Positions 19,668 to 26,995 of a DNA stretch of 64,000 nucleotides are shown piece by piece. The stretch is from assembly GCA_902527245.1 (NCBI GenBank), contig CABZOI010000006.1, forward strand, positions 50,778 through 114,777, given 5' to 3'. Source of the DNA: an uncultured SAR92 cluster bacterium. Its GTDB lineage: Bacteria > Pseudomonadota > Gammaproteobacteria > Pseudomonadales > Porticoccaceae. Made by a program: the position numbers and the translations under genes. Every line of letters begins with the position of its first letter. The first letter of the stretch is position 1. A model generated the notes under the pieces. That model worked only from the letters and a program-made list of their open reading frames with translations. It searched no databases and was not told the DNA's origin.

Positions 19668-20285
19668 ATGAAAAGCAGTAAGCCGGTAATTTTTGGTAAG
19701 AAAAGTGAGATTGAAAAATATGATCTTGCAACGAAAACAAGATTATGGAGCTCAAAACTTCCCGTTGGATTCTCTCCATTTGCGATAACTCAATATGAAA
19801 ATTACGTTTTTGTATTTAGCAAGGGAATGTTATCGCAACAAATAAGTTGCTTTAGACAAGACACTGGTAAAAATTTATGGCACAAAGAAAAAATGCATGT
19901 CTATGAGCATGATCCTTTCCAACCTATCTTTTGTGATAAGCATCTGTATTACTTAACTAAAAATAATACGGTGGCGAAGTTATGTTGCGAATCTGGAAAA
20001 ATGATTTTTAGAAAGCCATTTAAGAAGCCATTATTTAGTAGTTATCAAATGATCCTAGCGAATGACTCATTATTTTTATTCTCCAAAAAAGAAGTGCTAA
20101 CAATTGACATGCAGAATGGAGAAATTACTAAAGATCAAACTTTATCCGATAAGCTTGATACCAAAGATATTAAAGCGAGTCTGGGGGATGGTTCGTGCTT
20201 TATCTCGGTGATACTTAGTACTCATCCATCCAGTGATGGAACTGCTGGAGCTGGAGGTGATGGTGGAGGCGATGGCGGTGGTTAG
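19668..20285 (+). CDS. Hypothetical protein, PQQ/beta-propeller-repeat-like, with Gly/Asp-rich C-terminal tail
   Basis: Repeating D/E-x-G-K-x-[LI]-[WF] turns (DTGKNLW, ESGKMIF, QNGEI). Ends ...SSDGTAGAGGDGGGDGGG*. Starts 6 nt after the MFS stop. Confidence 0.4.
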   Translation: MKSSKPVIFGKKSEIEKYDLATKTRLWSSKLPVGFSPFAITQYENYVFVFSKGMLSQQISCFRQDTGKNLWHKEKMHVYEHDPFQPIFCDKHLYYLTKNNTVAKLCCESGKMIFRKPFKKPLFSSYQMILANDSLFLFSKKEVLTIDMQNGEITKDQTLSDKLDTKDIKASLGDGSCFISVILSTHPSSDGTAGAGGDGGGDGGG

Positions 20286-20298
20286 TACAAGCTGTTAG

Positions 20299-20469
20299 TT
20301 ACGAATTCTCTTTCAAGTCATCACGAATTTCAGTTAATAAAGCTAAATTCTTTTCCTGTAGATCTATCAGCTCCTGCTGCCTAGTAATATGGAAGTAAAA
20401 GGGATAAATTCCCAAAGTGATTATCGTTAGGCCTAAGAAAGATACAAAAACTTTGAACCTACTTCCCAT
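20299..20469 (-). CDS. Possible small membrane protein (56 aa), below the ORF-track cutoff
   Basis: ATG at 20469 with GAGG about 10 nt upstream, directly after the TAG of the upstream hydrolase. Encodes MGSRFKVFVSFLGLTIITLGIYPFYF... (one TM span plus a charged helix). Confidence 0.3.
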   Translation of the reverse strand: MGSRFKVFVSFLGLTIITLGIYPFYFHITRQQELIDLQEKNLALLTEIRDDLKENS

Positions 20470-20484
20470 AGCTTAATTACCTCA

Positions 20485-21654
20485 CTAAAGATTTTTTAGG
20501 ATATCAATAAACTTATAAAGGTTTTTACGAAAACTCGTTTCTTCTCCATCTTCTCGAGTAATTGGTGTAGTAACAAATCCCTCTCCTAATCGCATAATTT
20601 TTTCCTCTTCCAGAAAATTCCAAACAGCTAAGAGAGTGTCTAAATCATCAATTTCTTTTAGCCACTGAAATTCTCTAAAGTTTTGTATGGAACCTCCCGT
20701 AGGATCATATTTTGTTATTTTGGTAACAACTAAATTATTACGCCTATCTACAAAAATATATTGACCAAATTTTCCAGAAGCATAATAAATTTCGCTCTCA
20801 GGATCGTCGGCTGCTAGCCACCAGTGAAGCGAATAACCCCATGTTACTGGAGATGAAAATTTCCACGCTGGAGAGAAGGTCTCCTCAATAAAATCTGCTG
20901 GAATCAACTGCTCGCCTTTCCAAACTCCATTTTGAGCAAATAACAATCCAAACCTAGAAAAGTCTCTGGCAGTAAGATCGATACAACAATATGCCATTAC
21001 ATTTTCCGATTGGTCTTGCCATAGCGTCGCATTATTTATGCCCAAAGGCTCTAATATTCTTTCCTCAAGCAATACATCGGCACTTATTCCAGTCGCCGAT
21101 TCAAGAATCGCACCTAGAAGCATCGAATTCACATTATTATATTCCCAAATCGATCCTGGTTTTTTCTCCAATGGCACCGAAAGGGCATATTTCAGTTGAT
21201 CATTATAGAGAAACATCTTTTCGTGTTGATCTTCAGGATACTCGAGCCCACCATCCATGTTTAAAATATTTCTAAGGGTAATCGAGCGACGATCATCACC
21301 GAATTGAGGTAAATATTTAGAAACAGGATCGTCTAAACTTTCTATCTCTCCTTTCTCCAACGAAATACCCACAAGCGCTGCATAAAAACTTTTAGCCATG
21401 GACCATGAAGTGCCATGGGATGCCTTGTCAAAACCATCCGCATATTTTTCATGGATTAGCTTTCCATTTTTTACAACAATTAGCGCTTGAGTGGAGGAAT
21501 CCTCAAACGCAATACGATTCAGGGATTTAATCTTTGAAGGGTCTATCCCTAGCGTTTTTGGTTTTACCGAAACCCAAAAATTATCATCAATACTTTGAGC
21601 GATCAATTGTGTCGGTGAAAAGATAAATATAGCAGTAAGAATGACTCTAATCAT
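20485..21654 (-). CDS. Exported serine hydrolase, beta-lactamase/transpeptidase-like fold
   Basis: Signal peptide. S-x-x-K motif (SWSMAKS) in the expected N-terminal third. Confidence 0.7.
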   Translation of the reverse strand: MIRVILTAIFIFSPTQLIAQSIDDNFWVSVKPKTLGIDPSKIKSLNRIAFEDSSTQALIVVKNGKLIHEKYADGFDKASHGTSWSMAKSFYAALVGISLEKGEIESLDDPVSKYLPQFGDDRRSITLRNILNMDGGLEYPEDQHEKMFLYNDQLKYALSVPLEKKPGSIWEYNNVNSMLLGAILESATGISADVLLEERILEPLGINNATLWQDQSENVMAYCCIDLTARDFSRFGLLFAQNGVWKGEQLIPADFIEETFSPAWKFSSPVTWGYSLHWWLAADDPESEIYYASGKFGQYIFVDRRNNLVVTKITKYDPTGGSIQNFREFQWLKEIDDLDTLLAVWNFLEEEKIMRLGEGFVTTPITREDGEETSFRKNLYKFIDILKNL

Positions 21655-21772
21655 ATAAATTATTGATCCTCAATTTCTAGATTCCCTTAAGTAATAGTCC
21701 ATTTAGTATATTAGAATGTCGCAAAATGATACTCAGGACAAGGTATTAATAAAATATTTCTTAAGTAAGGTC

Positions 21773-21800
21773 TTGTCTCGACATTATAACTATCTATAAT
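21773..21800 (+). promoter_or_regulatory. Candidate sigma70 promoter for the tRNA pair
   Basis: TTGTCT (21773-21778), 16-nt spacer, TATAAT (21795-21800), about 115 nt upstream of tRNA-Val. Sequence match only. Confidence 0.3.
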
Positions 21801-21916
21801 GCATATCTGCTTGATGTGGTACTCGTCATTTATTATTTACAACGAAAGTTAAAAATAAATAACGTGTAGGCAGCGTAACCGACGATTGGCTGCTTATTTT
21901 TGATTATCAGAATGTT

Positions 21917-21992
21917 GGGTGGTTAGCTCAGCTGGTAGAGCATCGCCCTTACAAGGCGAGGGTCACAGGTTCGATCCCTGTACCACCCACCA
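21917..21992 (+). tRNA. tRNA-Val (anticodon TAC), CCA encoded
   Basis: Hand-folded cloverleaf: acceptor GGGTGGT/ACCACCC, D stem GCTC/GAGC, anticodon stem TCGCC/GGCGA with loop CTTACAA, T arm ACAGG-TTCGATC-CCTGT. Confidence 0.95.
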
Positions 21993-22006
21993 AGCAATTA
22001 ATTCTT

Positions 22007-22083
22007 GGACCGGTAGTTCAGCTGGTTAGAATGCCGGCCTGTCACGCCGGAGGTCGCGGGTTCGAGTCCCGTCCGGTCCGCCA
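22007..22083 (+). tRNA. tRNA-Asp (anticodon GTC), CCA encoded
   Basis: Acceptor GGACCGG/CCGGTCC, anticodon stem CCGGC/GCCGG with loop CTGTCAC, T arm GCGGG-TTCGAGT-CCCGT. Confidence 0.95.
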
Positions 22084-22110
22084 TATAGCCTCAAAAGAAG
22101 ATCCCTTAGA

Positions 22111-22136
22111 TAATAAAAGGGAGCCATACGGCTCCC
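22111..22136 (-). terminator. GC-rich hairpin whose U-tract lies on the minus strand
   Basis: GGGAGCC-ATAC-GGCTCCC (22119-22136). Read on the minus strand it is followed by TTTTATTAT. Read on the plus strand it is followed by AGTGAAAC, with no U-tract. Confidence 0.4.
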
Positions 22137-22160
22137 AGTGAAACTTGTTCTGCTAGACAC

Positions 22161-22174
22161 TGGATCACCTCCTT
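22161..22174 (+). other. 14-nt identity to the conserved 16S rRNA 3' terminus (TGGATCACCTCCTT); its complement is an extended perfect Shine-Dalgarno
   Basis: Exact string match to the anti-SD tail as I recall it from E. coli 16S (...GGUUGGAUCACCUCCUUA-3'). It is immediately preceded by a 6-bp hairpin (CCAGTG 22135-22140 / CACTGG 22158-22163). Confidence 0.35.
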
Positions 22175-22201
22175 TTATTCTCTATTGAAAGTAAAAATGG
22201 T

Positions 22202-22639
22202 ATGTTAGATGTACTAGACAGTCAATGCGAAATTATAGGAGTTATCAGGATCATAAAATTAATTAGGAATTTTCAAGCGAATGAGAATATGGCTTGGGAT
22301 ATCTTTAAAAAACCAGACCGAGTTGACTGGGTTCCAGGGGTTAAGCATTGTATATTTGATGGAGAGATTAGGACACTCGATTTTCCAGGTGTTGGAAAAG
22401 TAAGAGAAAAAATACTTTGTTTGGATCATGATAAAAAGATAATCGAATATTCATGTATAGAAACTCCTGGGAATTTAGAAAATCATCACGCAAAAATCGA
22501 AATTAGAGGCAATCCCAATAACGACAGCTGTACTTTGGTCTGGACCGTGATCGTATCGCCGAAGGAGTTGGAGCCATTTATAGAGCAAAGCATGCTGGGG
22601 TGTTTGGGCGCAATAAATGAACTTCTTACTGCAAAGTAA
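22202..22639 (+). CDS. SRPBCC (Bet v1 / polyketide cyclase-dehydrase-like) family protein
   Basis: ~145 aa with the W..I.....DW.PGV...... pattern (MAWDIFKKPDRVDWVPGVKHC) and a C-terminal helix. The true start may be the ATG at 22289. Confidence 0.55.
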   Translation: MLDVLDSQCEIIGVIRIIKLIRNFQANENMAWDIFKKPDRVDWVPGVKHCIFDGEIRTLDFPGVGKVREKILCLDHDKKIIEYSCIETPGNLENHHAKIEIRGNPNNDSCTLVWTVIVSPKELEPFIEQSMLGCLGAINELLTAK

Positions 22640-23854
22640 TTAATCGATTATATTGTAGAGCGCATCAGCGAGCTCCACGGATGTTTTGTAGAGTTTCAAA
22701 TCCTTATGTTGTTTGTTGCATAGAAAAGAAAATCCCATTTTCTTATCGACATCACCAAAAGCTACCGACCCAGCAATCCCCGTATGCCCAAACATGTTTC
22801 CTCTTTTTTTTCTCCCAATAGGTGTCATTGGAGCATTTATCATAAAACCTAAACCAAATTTGTAGGGTAGTCCAAATAAGACCATATCGGGTCCAAATGA
22901 GTGAATTTCTCGCATTGTATCGATAGTATGCTGCTCTAAGATTTGATACTCGGCCTCCCTACCTCCCCTGCTCAGAATACCAAATAATTTTGCAAGTCCT
23001 CTCGCAGTTCCATGACCGTTCGCAGCTGGAATCTCAGCTAGTCTCCAGTCATCAGTATTTACAAAATTTTGGTCCGCAAGGATTGAAGGATCAAAAGCCT
23101 CCGATATGTAATCTTGTTTGAGGGCTTTTTTAATATTTTTAAAGATTGGTGACAAGAATAAGTCAGGAACAAACTTTAGGGGACGCAACTGATTCAAAGA
23201 CGGTAAAGTTGATAGCATAATGGTGTCAGCGCATCTTCCAAAATCATTGCTTTGGAGTCCTATTTTAAAATCAATATCAAGTGGTTGGGAAACTTCATCT
23301 CGAAAGTATTCACCCACTGTTCGTCCGTCTATTCTTTTAATCAGTTCTCCGATTAGCCATCCAAAGGTTAGGGCATGATATGCTTGAGATTGACCTGGCT
23401 CGTGATAAATACTTTGAGCCTCTAAAAGACGAGTATATTGATTCCAATCCTGCCAGTTATCGATTGGTATTCCTTCCCTGAAAGCAAATATACCTGCGGT
23501 GTGATTAAGTAACTGCTTTACTGTGATTGTCTCTTTTCCATTACAACCAAACTCGGGCCAGTAATCTCGTACCGCAAGATTTATATTGATTAAACCCCTC
23601 TCAATCAATCTACCCAGACAAATAGCGGTAATTGCTTTCGATACTGAAAAAACATTTACAATCGTATCTCTTTCCCATTTACGCGTTTTATCTACATCAC
23701 AAAATCCACCCCATAAATCGATGATTGTTTGATTCTCAAGTTCAACGGAAAATGATGCTCCTAACTCAAAATTAGAAATTATTGAATCACGAAAAACTTT
23801 CTCAACTTCTTTAAATTTAGGATCACAATATCCCGATATATGTACTTCGCCCAT
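22640..23854 (-). CDS. Class-C beta-lactamase-fold serine hydrolase (family VIII esterase / EstB-like), cytoplasmic
   Basis: N-terminal GYCDPKFKEVEKVF, S-x-x-K (SVSKAI), later HTGIAGS. No signal peptide. Confidence 0.8.
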   Translation of the reverse strand: MGEVHISGYCDPKFKEVEKVFRDSIISNFELGASFSVELENQTIIDLWGGFCDVDKTRKWERDTIVNVFSVSKAITAICLGRLIERGLININLAVRDYWPEFGCNGKETITVKQLLNHTAGIFAFREGIPIDNWQDWNQYTRLLEAQSIYHEPGQSQAYHALTFGWLIGELIKRIDGRTVGEYFRDEVSQPLDIDFKIGLQSNDFGRCADTIMLSTLPSLNQLRPLKFVPDLFLSPIFKNIKKALKQDYISEAFDPSILADQNFVNTDDWRLAEIPAANGHGTARGLAKLFGILSRGGREAEYQILEQHTIDTMREIHSFGPDMVLFGLPYKFGLGFMINAPMTPIGRKKRGNMFGHTGIAGSVAFGDVDKKMGFSFLCNKQHKDLKLYKTSVELADALYNIID

Positions 23855-23863
23855 TATTTTTCG

Positions 23864-24865
23864 TCACTCATTCAGAGTAAGCCACTCTCCAGGTTTTACT
23901 GTTAAAATCAAATTTGAATTCAAATTGCTCGACTCTTTTATCCTTTTGAGCTCTTGCCGAGGCTCCAGAATTGGCTCGTCCGTCAAGATAAAAGTGCCCC
24001 AATGCATTCCATACGCTTTTTTAACATTTAGATCTGAAGCTATTTTTAATGCCTCTTTTGGATCAACATGCTGGTTACCCATGAACCATCTTGGTTCATA
24101 TGCTCCAATCGGGATAAAGGCGACATCAATATCGCCATACCTTGCATTGATTTCTATAAAATCTTTTGAATAACCTGTATCTCCTGCATGAAAAATAGAC
24201 ATCTCCCGAGTCCGAATTAACCAACCGCCCCACCAACTTTTGTTCCTATCAAAAAGACCTCTTCCCGACCAGTGTTGAGCTGGCGTAAAAACTATTTCTG
24301 TATTTTTTATCTCCACTGAATCCCACCAACCAAATTCAGAAACCTCACTTATACCTTTGCTTTCAAGAAGCTTTTTATCTCCCAAAGGAACGAATACTAT
24401 GACGGATGGATTCAAGCGCTGTATTTTTTTAATACTCTTGATATCAAGATGATCATAATGATTATGACTAATTACAATAACATCAATCTTTGGAAGATCC
24501 TTGATAGAAATCGCTGGCGGTATTAATCTTTTGGGTCCCAAAAATCCCACGGGTGATGCTCGATTCGAAAAAATGGGGTCAGTCAGTACAGTGATATCAT
24601 TATTTTTTATTAAGAAGGTCGCGTGACCAATCCAAACAGCATAATTATTCTCAGAAAAGTCATTCTTTTTCCACTCATCAGACAGCTCAATAGCCACTCT
24701 CTCGGGACTCGCAGGTGCATTTAATCGCCATTTAATGACATCTGGCAGTGACTTCAAGCCGATACTTGTATCGCTATTTTTATATTGAGCGACTGACAAA
24801 CTGGAATATAACCAAAGAAAAATAATGATTAATCTACCGCAGCAATGAACCCCTTTAAATTTCAT
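23864..24865 (-). CDS. Exported metallo-beta-lactamase-fold hydrolase, NAPE-PLD-like
   Basis: Signal peptide (..LSVA-QY). HNHYDHLD metal motif. IPIGAYEPRWFMGNQHVDPKEALKI...GMHWGTF closely tracks the motif I recall from eukaryotic NAPE-PLD. Confidence 0.8.
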   Translation of the reverse strand: MKFKGVHCCGRLIIIFLWLYSSLSVAQYKNSDTSIGLKSLPDVIKWRLNAPASPERVAIELSDEWKKNDFSENNYAVWIGHATFLIKNNDITVLTDPIFSNRASPVGFLGPKRLIPPAISIKDLPKIDVIVISHNHYDHLDIKSIKKIQRLNPSVIVFVPLGDKKLLESKGISEVSEFGWWDSVEIKNTEIVFTPAQHWSGRGLFDRNKSWWGGWLIRTREMSIFHAGDTGYSKDFIEINARYGDIDVAFIPIGAYEPRWFMGNQHVDPKEALKIASDLNVKKAYGMHWGTFILTDEPILEPRQELKRIKESSNLNSNLILTVKPGEWLTLNE

Positions 24866-26126
24866 CCTTTACCCATTCAATATCAGATAAAACCTGTTTA
24901 TCAAATACAGAGATATCAATTTTAGATGCATATAGATTATTTTTTTTATCAGTAAATTTGGACAAACTTAGAAATAATGACTCATCCGAATAAACAACTT
25001 GTGGCACACTTAGCCGTTGATTTGAATCAAACTCGTCGATAACTATCTTTTTGATCGACGAGCTTTTTAGATCTATTAAACCGAGATTAAGTAAAATTCT
25101 ATCCTCCTCTGATGCCGTGAGCCAACTGACCGCGAGCTGTTCGTTTGAAACCATAGAGGAATTTACATTTCCCATAACTAAATTTCCGTTTTCGATTATG
25201 GCTAATTTAGACATACCATTGCCTTCAAAGGCCTTAAACTTAACTTCCCCATAACCATTTGCTTGTGTGAACCAAACTACGAAAAACTTATCATCAACTG
25301 CGTTAACCGATGGGCCATTTACAGGACATCCACCGATCTGCCAATTATCTTCAAGAACGGGACTTTCTTTCTGCCATACCCCATCCATCATCTTAGCAAA
25401 ATAAATATCCCTATATTCTTCTTCCGTTCTATTTCTATAGACGAGAACTGGACCATGAGCCAATTGAGCAATATCCGTCTGACAACAATCACAAACCAAA
25501 TTATCAATAACTGCGCCTTCAACATACTCATTATCAGCAGATATTTTTGCTGATCTCAGAGTCATACCTCCGGTGTATCCCGATTGCGTTGGCTTGTGAT
25601 GATGTCCTCCCAATGGCATTTCTCGTCCATCAAGCCAAACTATGCCTACATCGTCCTTATCTTTAAAAAAACTTACAAATCCATGCTCAGAAATTGTTCC
25701 ATCATTATGAGGGCTGGTGCCTTTAGACCAAGTTTTGCCTCCATCTCTCGAGATACTCACCAAAACATCATAAGCAAATGCCTCTTCACTGGTAAATACC
25801 AACCAATGTGCAAGCCATGTGTCCTCTGACATTTGAACAACAGATGGGAAATCCGCTCGATTAATTAACCAATCCTCACCCTGGGAAACCAATACCGGAT
25901 TCGACCAATGATCTTTTTCCCAAACTGAATATTTTAAAAGACTCAAGTCAGCCTCCTTTTCAATCCAACTCATCAAAGGGCGCCCATTAAAATCTTTACT
26001 CATGTAGGGCGAATATGAGTAGTTTGATAAAAAAGACGGTGCGATAAATTCAGCTTTGACATTAGAATCAGGGAAATCACATGAACTCAGTGATACAACT
26101 ACCAAAAAAATATTTAAAAGCCTCAT
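24855..26126 (-). CDS. Lipoprotein with sialidase/BNR (exo-alpha-sialidase-like) beta-propeller fold
   Basis: Lipobox LSSC. One canonical Asp-box SRDGGKTW. Size and repeat character are consistent with a BNR-like propeller. Confidence 0.55.
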   Translation of the reverse strand: MRLLNIFLVVVSLSSCDFPDSNVKAEFIAPSFLSNYSYSPYMSKDFNGRPLMSWIEKEADLSLLKYSVWEKDHWSNPVLVSQGEDWLINRADFPSVVQMSEDTWLAHWLVFTSEEAFAYDVLVSISRDGGKTWSKGTSPHNDGTISEHGFVSFFKDKDDVGIVWLDGREMPLGGHHHKPTQSGYTGGMTLRSAKISADNEYVEGAVIDNLVCDCCQTDIAQLAHGPVLVYRNRTEEEYRDIYFAKMMDGVWQKESPVLEDNWQIGGCPVNGPSVNAVDDKFFVVWFTQANGYGEVKFKAFEGNGMSKLAIIENGNLVMGNVNSSMVSNEQLAVSWLTASEEDRILLNLGLIDLKSSSIKKIVIDEFDSNQRLSVPQVVYSDESLFLSLSKFTDKKNNLYASKIDISVFDKQVLSDIEWVKDEI

Positions 26127-26128
26127 AG

Positions 26129-26995
26129 CTATATCCTCAAAAGGGGTCTTGTTAAACAGGTGGGCCCACCCTCTCCTTTTAAACTTATCTCCTCACCTTT
26201 ATAAGTATGGACAATACAATTTTGCTTGATTAATTTGTTTTTTAAACTCACACAATTCTCCAAAATAATAACTTCTCTGGGTGCCAGAGCAAGTACATTG
26301 CATGACATACATTCATATTCATCATCTGATACTGTTATAAAGTTGAGCCCCAGACTTTCAAGCCATTCTATAAAAGAATTAGGTGTAAATTTTTCATAAA
26401 TCACCGCTAAATCCTCATCAATTGGAGAGATTATCGACATTAAATGCAAGACATCATCAGGATGATCTGGCTGAGGAAGATCGACTGTCATCAACTCAAC
26501 ATCAAATCCAAGAATTTTCTGTAATTGATAAATGCCAGCTTTATTTGTTCTTGGTCCGTTGCCAACAGCAGCATGAGATTCATCTATCCATATAAAGTCA
26601 CCTCCCTCTAAAGTTCCAGGTTCGACAACTTCTCCTGCGACATCCTTAAAATACTTTTTATAACCCAACGCATTGACTTTCGATTCGCACGTTCTTGATG
26701 CCCGTCCCATATTACAATTTATAAGCCCGGTAGGACATATGAGGTTACTATCTCTAGGATAAATACTATCGATTGATAAGCGACTATCGCCCTCTAATTC
26801 GATTACCTCAGCTCCGCAACTTTGGATAATGTCTTTAAATTGCTCATACTCCGTACACGCCTTCTCAAAATTTGGGACATCCTTAAATCGAAGTGCTTTC
26901 CATTCTCTATCCAATTTCTCTTGACTGACGAATCCATCAATTGGACTTCGAATTGCGACCCGACTTAATTTAGAGTATTCATTAAATTGCCTCAT
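26129..26995 (-). CDS. Amidinotransferase-fold guanidino-group-modifying enzyme (DDAH / arginine-deiminase-like)
   Basis: EGGDF, HLMS and the C-terminal GEGGPTCLTRPL catalytic-Cys motif typical of the DDAH/ADI superfamily. Confidence 0.7.
   Translation of the reverse strand: MRQFNEYSKLSRVAIRSPIDGFVSQEKLDREWKALRFKDVPNFEKACTEYEQFKDIIQSCGAEVIELEGDSRLSIDSIYPRDSNLICPTGLINCNMGRASRTCESKVNALGYKKYFKDVAGEVVEPGTLEGGDFIWIDESHAAVGNGPRTNKAGIYQLQKILGFDVELMTVDLPQPDHPDDVLHLMSIISPIDEDLAVIYEKFTPNSFIEWLESLGLNFITVSDDEYECMSCNVLALAPREVIILENCVSLKNKLIKQNCIVHTYKGEEISLKGEGGPTCLTRPLLRI

Noticed and set aside
21879-21907. Hairpin plus T-run (GGCAGC-N14-GCTGCT-TATTTTT) just upstream of tRNA-Val
   Set aside because: The stem is only 5-6 bp with a 14-nt loop, and no plus-strand gene lies upstream for it to terminate. 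It is too weak to call.
22026-22160. 44-codon minus-strand ORF (GTG 22160) behind the perfect SD, running antisense through tRNA-Asp
   Set aside because: It reads through the hairpin/U-tract and then through the complement of a tRNA gene. The peptide is Arg/Gly/Pro-rich, which is typical of antisense tRNA sequence. I kept the SD/hairpin element as a finding but do not call this a gene.
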